From assembly GCA_965178125.1 (NCBI GenBank), contig OZ237747.1:310001-374000 (forward strand): 64,000 nt of DNA. The letters run 5' to 3'. The DNA comes from Bilabrum cf. latius (Eukaryota). Each line of letters opens with the position of its first letter. Within the stretch, counting starts at the first letter, position 1. The notes beneath the pieces are model-generated. The model worked only from the letters and a program-made list of their open reading frames with translations, was not told the DNA's origin and made no database searches. This document shows, one piece after another, positions 13,924 to 26,122 of the stretch. The position numbers and the translations under genes are program-made.

Positions 13924-16900
13924 TTACTCTTCACCATCACGTTGGATCTGCCCATTTTGTCCCGGCATCGCATCGGGCTACCGCCTCCTGACGTGGACGC
14001 GGCCTTTGGCACACGGTGCGACGCAAAGGTAAGCCACACGCACGCAGAGCGGTGGAGATCCGCCCTGTTGAATGCCGGGCCCATGACCGCCATCTCTCGC
14101 TAGCTGATCGGGCGCTGCCGCCAAGGGTACTAGGAAGCACACGAGTGCAAGAGAAGCCGCCAGCGCCGCCAGCGCCGCCCTCACAGCAAGCGCAAACACT
14201 CTCCAGTCGCCTGCCAGCAGCGGAAACGGACCTACGAATCGATAGGGGAAGCTCACGATACCGCCAGCATCAGCATCACGTTCATTTTCTATTCTACCCA
14301 AATTGGAAGCTCCTTTGCTATCGTCGTCAGCCTCTTCTGCGCCAGTCTGCGCACCACTCTCACCGCCGCCGTCAACCCCATCGGGCTGCATCTGCCCTCT
14401 GTCCCCACCGCTCGCGCCCCCCTGGCCCCGCCCAGCAGCCGCCCCTCTTCCTTGCCCCTGTCCCTGTGCCTGCATCATTGCCTGGTACTCCTCCATCTGC
14501 CTCCTCTCGTGCTCCATCCTCTCCTCTGCATCCTGGAAGACCTCGGGAGCTGCGTCTCCCCAGAACCAGTGAGACCTCTCGTTCCTCCACGCTCGCAGCT
14601 CCTCGTCTGTCAGTGCAGGGAGCGGTGACAGCACGGCACTCACAAAGTCAACGGACATATCGATCATGCCTGCCGTGTGCCGCCACCGCCACGGCTCTAG
14701 TTCCTCTTCCGTTGCGTTCACGGCAGCAGGGAGCTCCGCGTGCGCCCCTGCAGCCAGCACCGTCGTGCGCCCGCCCCCCGCAGCCAAGCTGGCAAGTGCC
14801 CATTTTGCAATGAGCTGCACCCTTCGCACCGCCACAGGCCACCACCCCAGATAGTCCCGCTGCAGGCAGTCGTCCAGGGACAGCCACGCCTCGGAGAAGT
14901 TGCGCGGGACGGGAGCCTGTGCGGGAGCGGTGGGGAGAATTGGAGGCTCATCGGTACTTGGCGTGCCATGAGGTGCCGGTAGCTCGGCCATGAGAGTCGC
15001 CAGAGACACGGCCGCATGGCCGTCCAGGAGGGCCACCGCTCGCTGATACCATTGCACGGCCGTCGTCAAGTTCTTCTCGCAGTCTCCGGGCCAGCCCTCT
15101 AGGTGGCAGTCGCCCATCCTCCGGGCTGCGCGGGCCGTGCCCATCTTGTGCGACCACTCGTACAGGTGAAAGGCGGTGTAATTTGACACCCATGCGTTCC
15201 ACACCGCATCGCTGCTCGATGCAGCCACCCAGGCACCTGCCAGCGCGATGTGTTTGCGCTGTGATGACGTCGGAGGCGCGGGGATGACTGGCAGTCGTAA
15301 ACGGCGCGCTTTTCCGGGAGCGGGCAACCGACTCGCGCTGTCTTGGTCGTCGTCGCTTTCCTATTCCCTGCCTAGTGCTTCCAGCAGGATGGAGCCGGCA
15401 ACTGGTGCGATCGAATGATTCTCTCCATCTTCCGCTCGCGCTCCACGGCCTGCTTCAAGAAACGCTCGACTGCGCATGGACCAGGTATTCGCTACTACGC
15501 TGTCGACACAGCCCACGAGCAGGGAAGGCTGGCTAGAGACGTGACCGGCCGTCCTTGCGATCAGCTCGCGGTCTGCCGCGTCTTGCTCTTCTATTCCCAC
15601 GACCAAGCCTTGCCAGTCCTGCACTGCCAGTCTTCTCTTCTGCACGCACGATCGGAGCACCTTGGCTGCCTCGAATCGGTGCTGATACGAGGGCTCTTGC
15701 TCGTGCAAGAAAAAACCCAGCGTCTGATCGATGGGAACTGACGCGCCTGCCCGCTCCCACGGTGCTCCCACCGGAGCGGTGCCAGCAAGCGCGACGTCAG
15801 CCACGAGAGCGGCACCTGCGCGGCCCAGTCCATCCCTCAGCACGTGCGCCACCTTGATCGGGTCTAGCTCGGTGCTGAGGGCGCGAAGCTAGGGATAGCT
15901 GGCTGTGTCGTCGGCCCCCTGGCAACCTGATGCGGTCTCATTGGCGAAGCATGCCCTTGGAGGCGTTGAAAGACGAATCGAGCCGTTCATCAGGTGAGCA
16001 GTGCTGGGGGCAGTACCATGCTAACTCCAGGCGCTGGCAAGGGAGATGGCCACGGCACGGCAGTCCGGCATGCTGCCAGACGAGCAGTCGTCCGGCACGA
16101 CCAGAGCCTGAGAAATGCTGCTTCCAGCTCTAGCAACTGCTGCTGGACTTGATTCTTCAGGCGAGTGCTCGAACGGAGTAGTCCCGAATCCCACGGCGCC
16201 GCCAATCACAGTGTCCTTCCCAACCAGGCTTCTACCCAGCTCGGTCCACTCGTTTTGGGGGCCATTACTAGAGTCAACCGATCGCAGTATGCCTTGCCTC
16301 GGCACCTCATGCGAGGCAAACTCACTGAGTATCCGCATCGACCCGTAAGCGAAGGGAGGTCCAAGGAAGGGCCGCCCGTGCCCTCGCTCCAGCAAGAAGC
16401 CCAGGTTGTCTGCGGCCGATTCAATTCCCATCGCACTGAGCATCGCGTAATGCCGGACCGCAGCGTCATAGTCCACAGCAGCGAATTCATCATCGTCCAT
16501 ACTTTCGGACAAAGTGCCGTCTGCCGCAACTTCATCGCCGCTCGCATCCTCCTTGACACGGTCTGGCTACCCTAAGTGCGCCCCAGCCCCAACGGTTTGC
16601 GCCCCGAATGGCATGGCTCCCTCTTGCATGTCCCGCGCCGTGCCAGCCCCAACCGCTGCGCCGCTGCCCCAGCTCTTCGGCTTTGTGGCAGCCGCAAGCG
16701 AGCTCATCAATTGCTGCACGCGAACGAGCGCCTCCGACAGGACACCCTCGACCACTGACTCCTCAGGCATCGATCCGGTGCCAGTCGCAGCCGTGTACGC
16801 GGTGTCCTCCGAGACGAGAGTGTAGAACTTCCACGCGCCCCGCTAGGCCACTGCCTCAAAGTGCTCCGCCGCCGCCGTGCAGTTGCTGTCCACGCCCCAT

Positions 16901-19683
16901 CCGTTGTAGTGCACCAGCCCGAGGTTCGCGGTGGCAGACAAGCTGCCCGACTGCGCCGCCTGCTCCAGGTACTCTTTGGCCTTGGTGTAGTTGCGCGCAG
17001 TGCCCTCCCCGTTCAAGTACATGACTGCAACGTTGGATGCTGACTGGAAGTCACCGGCCTTTGCGCCCTTTAGGAAGTACTTGAAGGCACGCCGCAGGTC
17101 TGGCTCCACACCGGTGCCCTGCAGGTACATGTAACCCAGGCCGGACCAGGCCGCCTGTTCGCCGAGCTCGGCTGATTTGCGGTAGAAGTACAGCGCCGCG
17201 TCCGTGCTGGGCGCTCCTTGAAACCTGTCGATGGCCTCGTCCAGCGACAGATCCAGCAGATCTGACAGCCTGGGATCATCAGGGATTGCTTCGTCGTCGT
17301 CATCCTCGTCGCCATCGTTCTTGCCACGGTTCCCATCCGAACTGCCACGAGTATTGCCGTCTTCGGAATCCTGCTGATGAACACCATCCTCTGCATCTTG
17401 ATCCAAATCTTCGCCTGCAAAAGCACCGACAGACCCTCCAGGACCATTCATTCCGCCCGCCTGCCCCCCACCCCCATCCCCACCGCCGCCGCGACCCATC
17501 CCTTCCTAGTGTCCTGGCCCCAATCCACCCCCACCACCAACATGCCCCCCATGCTGTCCGCCCGCACCTGCATGGTCACCACCAGCTGCAGGTCCAACGT
17601 CGTTGGCCCCTGCACCGACACCTACCCCACCGCCAGCAGCTGCCGCAGCCCCAAGTCCTGCTCCAGCCGCACCGCCAACCCCACCGCCAGCAGCTGCCGG
17701 AGCCCCAAGTCCTGCTCCAGCCGCACCGCCACCCCCACCGCCTTGCAGCCCTCCATCCATGCCAACGTCTGCCTGCGCCCACTCCTACTCACCTCCATCC
17801 ATGAAGCGACCTTGGTTGCCACCGAGCCCATCGCCACCGCCATCGCCATCGCCACCGTCATCTGGCCCAAGGCCGTCCCCTGCACCATCGTCCCAGCCCA
17901 TCCTATTCAGGTGCATCATCGCGAGGTTGTGCATGGCACTGGCACTCTCCTGCTTTGCAGCAAGCTCGAACATCTCCCTCGCCCTGACGTGGTCCTGCTC
18001 CACCCCAGCCGCCGGGTCCCCGTGAAAGTACGTCTCTCCCAGCACCTCGGCCGCCTCTAGATCTCCCGTGTCCTGCAACCGCTCGTACATGGCGATGTTG
18101 TCCGCCCTCGAGTGCTCGCTCACGGCTGTCTGGCTGTCCTCGAACAGCTCCCACAGGAAAGGATGCTGCGCCCGATCGTTCGTCTGCACCTCATCGTCGC
18201 TGGCTGCCTCCATGGCGAGCTCCACGAGGTACTGGACAGCGGCCTCGCAATTGGTCGTCAGTCCGTCGCGGCCATGAAGCTGCCTCTTGCCGTAAGCAAG
18301 CATTGCAACTCTGTGTCGCTTGCGCGCCAGATCACCGAGTATAGCAACCGCCTGCGCGTCGCTCGCCAACAGCGGAGCGTTGGCCCTGGCCAGGTGCAGC
18401 AGCGCCATCGTGAGCAGGCCTTCCTCCAGCGCTTCGATGTCAGAGGCGACTCCGTCCCCCATCAGCACGGCGTCCGGCAGAGCCACGCCCATCGCGGTGC
18501 CCACAAACCCATCGAAGAGGATTTGGTTGTGCTGCAGCCGCTGAACCATGCCCGCCTGCTGCTGCATGGCCTGGTTGGCCATCTTCTAAAGAGTCGAGTG
18601 TGCGAGCCACGCACCAGTGGCGAGTAGGAGGTACGCGTCCTCGGGCCCACGCAGCCGGAGCAAGGGCCGAGACACATTCGCGAGGCAGCTCGACGCACCT
18701 GGTCGAAGAGGTGCCCCAGGACTTGGCAATGGCGTCGCAGTAGCGTCTCCTGCTGACATGTGCGCCTCTCCGGCTGCAGCTTCGGCGTCCTGCAAGTGAC
18801 CGTTGCTGGCCAGTTCATGGTCCTGAGCACCCTCGCTGCTGGACGCAAGATGGTCTGGGTCTTCCTCGCTGTCAATGCCACTAGCATGCTTCAAGTGCTT
18901 TCGTTTCTGCTCAGCGGCTCGATCTGCGGCGACTTTGGCCTAGCACTCGACGTGTGCTGCAAGCATGGTCCGCGCTTGCAGCAGCTGGTCCGCCTCCTCC
19001 CACAGAGCTGCCGGGGCACGTCTACGCGGCGCAAACAAGTACAGGTTCCCGAGAAGCACGCGAGCAGCGGAATGTCCACTGCCGGCACATCGTGCGAGCG
19101 TGCGGACGCCAGCTCGCACTAGGCTATCCTTGTCGGCGTCAGTGAGGCCGCCGCCCTGGGCGGCATCAGCCTCCTGGTCGCTTCTTTTGCCACTCGTGTT
19201 GGAATCAACATTCTCGCTGCTTTGATGAAACGACTACTACGAAACCCTTCTACTTCCTCGCCCACTCAAGTCTCGAAGGGTTTGGAGGTCGTCCTGGCCT
19301 GGATCCTGCTCGCCAGGTGGCGCAGTGGTCGTTCGATGCTCGATTTTACCGAGGCTAGTCTTCCACATGGAGTTTCCACGCCGCCCCCGAACGCCCGGAC
19401 GTGACGATCTGCCAGACTCATCCGAATCGTACCCCTCTTCGTCTTCAGGATCAACCATAGCCCAATACTGCTGTCTAACATTCGTTGCAACTTCCAGTCC
19501 TGCCTCATACAACCCAACCTGGGCCGATTGATACGCCTTCTCGCAAAAATGCGCTAGCGGTAATCCTAACTATATCTACCCAGCCTAGTCACTACCCTGT
19601 GAAAAGGCCTGTGGGTCGATTCTACGCTGCGACACAGCTCCAATAGACACGAAAAACGACAGAAAGGCTAATTTTGGCCACAT
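13924..19683 (-). CDS. SEL1-repeat membrane protein (SEL1L/Hrd3-like), about 1919 aa
   Basis: Nine track ORFs are in one frame joined via TAG. ATG 19683 gives a signal-peptide-like start (MWPKLAFLSFFVSIGAVS). SEL1 repeats include LGETYFHG..VEQDHVRAREMFELAA, LGYMYLQGTGVEPDLRRAFKYF, LGLVHYNGWGVDSNCTAA and NLGFLLERG. There is a C-terminal hydrophobic segment, and the frame ends at TAA 13924-13926. Confidence 0.82.
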
Positions 19684-19890
19684 TTTGCCTTTCCACCCGA
19701 GACTTATGGATGCAAGTTCAAATATGAGCAATATAATAATCCTTTACTGCGCAGGACGACTGTGGTAGCCGACTACACGATGTCAAAAGGCCAGTTCGCA
19801 ACCAGCGGTTGCAACCAAAGTAACACGTAACAAAAACTGCTTTGACGAAATGTGGCAGTCAACCTGTACAAGCAAAAGTACGTCTTAATC

Positions 19891-21792
19891 ATGGCGTCCT
19901 CTTCGCTGCATTTGGTAAACCCCAAGGCTGAGGTTATGAAGCGTGCTTAGGCCCTCATGATCAATGTAAACGCCGCGAAGGGAATGTCAGAGGTATTGAA
20001 GACAAACCTTGGTGAGTTTCACTAGCTCTATTTGAGATTCAACACGATTCTATTCGGTTGGGATAGCTACTATGTTAATTGTAGTGTACAAAAATAGCCT
20101 GTCATGCGAGTTGGAGACCGCTCGCTCCCTGGTGATCTTGCCGTGTGACATCTTGAACTATCTGCACTTCGAACCGAATTGTAGCATTCCCCGCCCGCAG
20201 GCCCAAAGGGGACGCTGAAGATGCTGGTAGGGGGAGCGGGAGACATTAGGTTAACAAAGGATGGCAACGTGTTGCTTCATCAGATGCAGATTTAGCATCC
20301 CACGGCTATCATGATTGCTCGGGCAGCCACTGCTCAGGACGATGAGACTGGCGACGGGACAACCTCCACAGTTTTGTTCACAGGAGAGCTTTTGAAGTTT
20401 GCGGAGAGATACATCAGCGATGTGAGCCATATTCTGTTCTTCTAACCCCCCCCCTCAACTGTCCTTCGCTAGCTTCTGCCCTCAGAGCTCGCTGTCGTTC
20501 CACCTGAGCCGCTGCGCGTTTCGCAGGGAGTGCATCCTCGCATTATCGCCGACGGTTTCGACCTTGCTCGCAAGCATTCCATTGCATTCTTGGAGGGCTT
20601 CTAGGTCCCCAAGCCAGAGGCGCACCTGGATCGGGAGCTGCTGTGCTCGGTGGCCCGCACCAGCCTGCGCTCCAAGCTGCTCCCGACAATGGCGGACCAG
20701 CTGACCGAGATCGTGACCGATGCCGTGCTGTCCATCCGCAAGGACGACGAGCCCATCGATCTCCACATGGTGGAGCGCATGCACATGGAGCACCGCAGCG
20801 ACGCCGACTCTAGGCTGGTCAAGGGCCTGGTGCTGGACCACGGCTCGAGACACCCCGACATGCCCAAGCGGCTGGAGAACTGCTACATCCTCACCGCCAA
20901 CATCTCCCTCGAGTACGAGAAGACCGAGATGAAGGGCGGATTCGTGTACAGCACCGCCGCAGAGCGCGAGTCCCTCGTTGCCGCGGAGAGGCGGTGGGTG
21001 GACGAGCGCGTGGAGAAGATCCTCGAGCTCAAGCGCAAGGTGTGCACCAAGGAGAACGGCAAGACCTTCGTGATCATCAACCAGAAGGGGATCGACCCCA
21101 TCTCTCTGCACGCCCTCGCCAAGGAGAACGTGATCGCGCTGCGGAGGGCCAAGCGCAGGAACATGGAGAGGCTGATGCTCGCGTGCGGCGGGTACCAGGT
21201 CAACTCGACGGAGGACCTGACGGAGGACGTGCTGGGGCAGGCTGGCGTGGTCTTCGAGGAGGTGCTGGGAGAGACCAAGTACACCTTCGTGGAGGACGTG
21301 AAGAACCCAGGCAGCGTGACCATTTTGATGAAGGGTCCCAACAAGCACACCATTGCGCAGCTCAAGGACGCAGTGAGGGATGGTCTCAGGGCGGTGAAGA
21401 ACACGCTCGAGGACGCGTCCGTGGTGCCCGGGGCGGGCGCATTCGAGGTGGCGCTGGCGCAGTCCCTCAAGGGGTACGCCAAGGAGGTGGAGGGCAAGCC
21501 CAAGCTGGGCGTGCTGGCCTTCGCGGAGGCCGTCATGGTGGTGCCCAGGATCCTCGCGGAGAACAGCGGGTTCGACGTGAGCGACGTCCTCCTGCGGCTG
21601 GAGGAGGAGCAGGCCAAGACAGGGGTCAAGGCGGGTCTGGACCTCGAGACCGGCAAGCCCATGGTGCCTGAGGAGCTCGGCATCTGGGACAACGCCCGCG
21701 TGAAGAGACAGGTAATCCAGCTCGGCCAGGTGCTCGCGTCGCAGCTGCTGCTCGTGGACGAGGTGCTGCGTGCGGGACGCGGAAGCCGATGA
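19891..21792 (+). CDS. CCT6: T-complex protein 1 subunit zeta (chaperonin CCT6), 535 aa; exons 19891-20011, 20201-20421, 20527-21792
   Basis: Motifs [78 protein letters not shown] and [11 protein letters not shown]. Two GTGAG..CAG introns. Three in-frame TAG (19948, 20293, 20602). TGA stop. Confidence 0.97.
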
Positions 21793-21972
21793 GCTGTCGA
21801 AACAAGGTGCCAGTATCGATTGTGACGCGAGTTGACAGAGCAAGAAACTCTGTTGGTGCATCCGGCTGCCGTACTAAGCTCAAATTCTCTGTTTTGCTGA
21901 CACATCCAAGAGTCGAGGCGACCGAGCTCATGTAGAGCCTATCGCCAGCAACAGGACACGACAAACCGAAAT

Positions 21973-23683
21973 TCATGTCGCCTTCTTGATTGGCTTTCCG
22001 ATGGCGTACACCTCGAAGCCGATGGCTCGAAGGTCGTCATGGGGCAGGATGTTGCGCCCATCGAACACAAAGGCGGGCTTGGGCATCCCGTCGTAGATCC
22101 GCTTGTAGTCGAGAGTCTTGAACTCGTCCCACTCGGTCATGACGCAGATGGCATGCGCCCCCTTGCACGCCTCGTACACGTCGGACACGAGCGGCAGGGA
22201 GTTGTCCAGCCCGCGGTAGTCGTCCTTCGTGACGCCCATGGTGTACTCCATCTCCATGAGCATAGACTCGCGAGACACCTTGGGGTCGTACACGGATACC
22301 TTCGCCCTCTCCTCCAACAGAGACTTTGCCACGTAGGCGGCGGCCGTCTCCCTCGTGTCCCCCGTGTCCTTCTTGAAGGCGAAGCCGAGCATGGCGATGT
22401 TCTTGCCGGTCACGCTGCGGAACATGGTCTCCACCATGTTGTGCGCGAACCTCTCCTTCTGCCAGTCGTTCAGCTTGACCACCTGGTGCCAGTACTCGGC
22501 CACCTCGGTCAGGCCGTACCGCTGGCACAGGTACACGAGGTTGAGCACGTCCTTCTGGAAGCAAGAACCGCCGAAGCCCACGCTGGCCCTCAGGAACTTG
22601 GAGCCCACGCGGGTGTCGGTGCCGACCGCCCGGGAGATCTCGTCCACGTCCGCGCCGGTTGCCTCGCACACGGCAGAGAACGCGTTGATGCTGCTGATCC
22701 TCTGGGCCAGGAAGGCGTTGGCCGCGAGCTTGCTCAGCTCCGAGGACCAGGTGGACGTGGTGAGGATGCGCTCCCGGGGCACCCACTGCGAGTACACCGC
22801 CACCACGGTGGCCAGGGCCTTCTTGCCCGACTCGTCGCTCTCCCCGCCGATGAGCACGCGGTTGGGCTTCATGAGGTCGTCCACCGCGGTGCCCTCGGCG
22901 AGGAACTCGGGGTTGGAGAGGACGTCGAACTTGACGCCCTCCTGAGAGTTGGCGTCCAGGACGCGACGAAGGGTCTCGGCGGTGCGCACGGGCACGGTGC
23001 TCTTCTCGATGACGATCTTGCTCGTCTTTGCCAGGCGTCCGATGGTCCGGGCGCAGCTCTCCAGACGGCCAACATCGGCGGCCTTGCCGGCGCCGATGCC
23101 GTGCGTCTTCGTCGGCGTGTTCACCGATACAAAGATGATGTCGGCCTCTGCTACGTTCTTTTCGACTTCAGATGAGAAGAACAAGTTCTTGCCGCGGCAA
23201 GACTTCACAACCTCATCGAGACCTGGCTCATAGATGGGTAGCGTGTCGCTGTTCCACGCATCGATCCTCTGCAGGAAAGTTAAGAGCAACACTATAAACA
23301 GTAATATTCATATCATGAACCATTCCATTGGGAGTGTCCCTTTTCGCGGGAGATTGTGGCAAAAGCGAGCACCGCAGCCTCTCTCGGGAAAACAAGGCCA
23401 ACGCGCGTATCTGGCTGGCTCACAGCTTTGCTAATGTCAACCACTGTCACGGTCAGCATAGGGCAGTTCTTAGCAATCACAGCCATGGTGGGACCTCCGA
23501 CGTAACCTGCGGGATGAATTGATGCCACAATGGTTGAAAATCAAATGACTGGCGGTTTCGCGGAAAACAACTTCAACGCAACACCTGAGCCTGACCTGCG
23601 CCCATGCAGCAAATCTTGAGGCCCTTCACATCAGGGATTCCAGCTGCTGCTCCACCTGTTGCTGCACCAGAGACGGCTGCCAT
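21973..23683 (-). CDS. UGDH: UDP-glucose 6-dehydrogenase, 488 aa; exons 23683-23596, 23506-23424, 23268-21973
   Basis: [14 protein letters not shown] is assembled across intron 1. Further motifs: [70 protein letters not shown] and FDGRN. No in-frame TAG. TGA stop. Confidence 0.97.
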
Positions 23684-24458
23684 TTCTGTCGCTGCTTGAA
23701 TCGCTGAGATACGGCTCGGCCGTTGTGGCAGCGGCAAGTAATGCCTCACCGGGCGACCGGAGCACCCAGTCCCCAATCTCACCCTGATCAGGTCAAAGCA
23801 TGCGAGCGACCGCCGACCGAGCCTCAGGTCGAGATATCTCTGCGGAACGACCCGATGGCTTGGGTAGCAACATAATAGTACGCCTTGTCTCCGTCCGGCC
23901 GCGCGATCCGTCCTCGGCCGCTCTTGGAGTCGTACATGTAGGTGGCCAGCATGCCGGTCCCCTGCGGCCACGAGGAGGGGGGGCTCACGTCGTCGGGGCT
24001 GCCGGTCCAGTCCACCCACTGCACCTCGTAGTCACCCAGCCCCTCGAAGTGAGCGGCCACCGTCACGGCCCCGTTGGTAGGCTTCGCCACCGCACCGGTT
24101 GAGAGCCCGTTCGCCTTGGTCCGGATGGTTCCCTTGAACACCCCGATTCCTTTGTCCCAGTTGTCCCCTACCCAACAGGCCACAATCACCGTGTCACCAT
24201 CACCGGCACCCGCCGTGAAATCGACGTGGTCCATGTGCAGCGAAATCGACGTGGTCCATGTGCAGCGTCTCGTTGAACCACGCGTTGGCGTCCCCTCGCA
24301 TGGCCACCGCAGTGCTGGCGTTCAGCACGGACTGCCAGCTCGCGCCACCGTCCAGGCTGAGCAAGGTGCCGTTCCTGCTGATCGTGGTAAGGTATACGAG
24401 CCGGGTGACCGTGGATCCTCCCGCCTTTAGCTCCTTGGACCCCACCCGGAAAGCAGCA

Positions 24459-24511
24459 GCACCTGCACCTGCACCTGCACCTGCACCTGCACCTGCACCT
24501 GCACCTGCACC
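24459..24511. repeat. (GCACCT)n microsatellite, about 9 units, encoding poly-(Ala-Gly) on the minus strand
   Basis: Directly visible. Confidence 0.95.
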
Positions 24512-24757
24512 GGCGGAACTCGGCACCTGCCAAGAGTACAGCCCGGTGAAACTGAGGTAGGGCAGCTTGGTCGCGTTGTATGTCCCGTTTTTTAAGGGCA
24601 CAGATGCAGGAGACCCGCGAACTTCATCTTGTCCCCCTTGTTGTCGTTGATGAACACGCACCCCGTCTCTGGTACCACTGCTACGTCGTTGACATAGGCG
24701 TGGGTCAGGTCGTACGTGCTGGTGAAACCGTTCCCGCCCCAAGAAAAATTCCTGCCC

Positions 24758-24875
24758 CCGGTCCCGCGGACCCACTGGGCTTCACCCCGAACGACTGGTT
24801 CTTCACCGGTCCACCTGAATGCGGTATTCATCTGACACTGCGAATGTACACACCACTTTCCCCATGCACCCGACT
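24758..24875. repeat. About 118-bp segment present in inverted orientation at 28368-28485
   Basis: ccggtcccgcgg...cacccgact is the near-identical reverse complement of agtcgggtg...cgcgggaccgg. Confidence 0.9.
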
Positions 24876-25374
24876 CGCCTCTCGTGGTCTTCTGTGGCAA
24901 AGGCTCGCCTCTCCGTTGCCGCCTAGCACCAGCACGTGCGCGGGGAACAGCGTGTGTACCACACTATGTACTCACGGGTCATGCAGGACCACTCAAGGAT
25001 CCTCGATTTTGTCTCGAAGGGATCGAGGAGGGCTGCAGCGAAGGCCAAACGGGCGCTCGCAAGGGCGGTCCGGGAGGACTTTGCCAGCCTGGCTGTAGGG
25101 GCAGCCGAAAACAACAACCTCGCCGTGGCGATCGCCAACGTCAAGGCAGGGTTGGCTCAGAACGGGCAGCAGGGCGGGGTGCCGGCAGCGGGCGCCGGAG
25201 GGAACGTGAACGCTGACGCTCCCCAGGGGGAAATGGGTCCCCAGGGTGGAGCTTAGGTGGTTTAGGCCATTGCAGCTGAAGCGTGAAGTCTGGTAGGTCC
25301 CGGGCCCTCGTTCCAGATGTTTCTTCGTGATAGCGTGCGCTTTTGAGTTGAGTTCACAAAATATCAGATCCCCC

Positions 25375-25772
25375 CACCCGACTGGCCTCGTCGCCACATG
25401 GCTTCCTGTTCCTGTTCCTGTTCCCCACCCTAGGGACCGTGTGCTTTGCTCCCAGCATTGCCACCTTGGCCCTATCCTTTCAGCTTGCACGCGCCGGTCC
25501 TGGCCGACCTGCCGTGCGCCCCATCTGTCCACCCACCTGTTGGCCTTCTGCGTGCTGCTGGCCATGCAGTCCGCTGCCACCCGCGTCTCCCTCGTGCCTT
25601 GCACCTGGAGCCCCCATTCCTCCCGTTGTGTTCTCCCTGTTGACACCGCACTGTCGTCGCCTGTGCCGGTGCCCCCCTCTTCTTCTCCACCTCCTGTCCT
25701 CCTGCGCCCACCTCGTCTTCCGTCTCACCTCTGCTCCCCGTTGCTTCAATCCTGATGTCCGAGTACATATAA
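25375..25772. repeat. Left arm of a roughly 395-bp inverted repeat flanking zinc-finger gene 1
   Basis: Near-identical reverse complement of 27985-28376. The same spurious peptides appear on opposite strands in the ORF track (25480-25749 minus, 28008-28277 plus). Confidence 0.93.
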
Positions 25773-25776
25773 AAAA

Positions 25777-25827
25777 TGTTGCAATTCGTTGATGACGCTG
25801 AGCGGCGCCGCGCAGCCTGGGCAGACT
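25777..25827. repeat. About 50-bp direct repeat, second copy at 35412-35460
   Basis: tgttgcaattcgttgatgacgc(tg)agcggcgccgcgcagcctgg(g/a)cagact occurs at both sites. Confidence 0.88.
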
Positions 25828-25859
25828 CGAGAGGACAATTTATAAAAAGAAAACGGTGG

Positions 25860-26070
25860 GGCTCCGTCCCCGGCGGACGGCCTCGGGTCGGGTCCGCCGC
25901 CGTCCGCCGGGGACGGGAGCCGACGGCCTCCGCGCCCATCCCCGGCGGACGGCTCATGGCCGTCCGCGGCGGACGATTGCGGACGGCCGTTACGGCGTTC
26001 CCGGCGATGGCGTCCGATGGGTCCGCTGCGGACGGGAGCCGACGGCGGCCCTCGCCGGTCCACCGTGACT
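25860..26070. other. GC-rich cluster of palindromes/hairpins built from GCGGACGGC/GCCGTCCGC units
   Basis: A roughly 22-bp stem pairs 25860-25881 with 25899-25921 (one bulge). A second stem, ggccgtccgc..gcggacggcc, lies at about 25958-25988, with further partial copies downstream. Confidence 0.8.
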
Positions 26071-26122
26071 GGAACTTTTTGACGGGCTGAGCTAAGTCCC
26101 CGGAGGTGTCCCTACAACACAA

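Larger units (their letters stand above)
23824..24875 (-). pseudogene. Frameshifted fragment of a secreted beta-propeller (BNR/Asp-box) protein
   Basis: Protein-like text passes through three frames (24592-24900, 24200-24775, 23824-24234) and includes an Asp-box-like SLDGGASWQ. One frameshift comes from an exact 25-bp tandem duplication (24217-24241 / 24242-24266); another lies near 24595. Confidence 0.55.

Noticed and set aside
20482-23175. Long antisense and alternate-frame ORFs over CCT6 and UGDH
   Set aside because: Expected shadow ORFs from extreme GC3 bias; no motifs.
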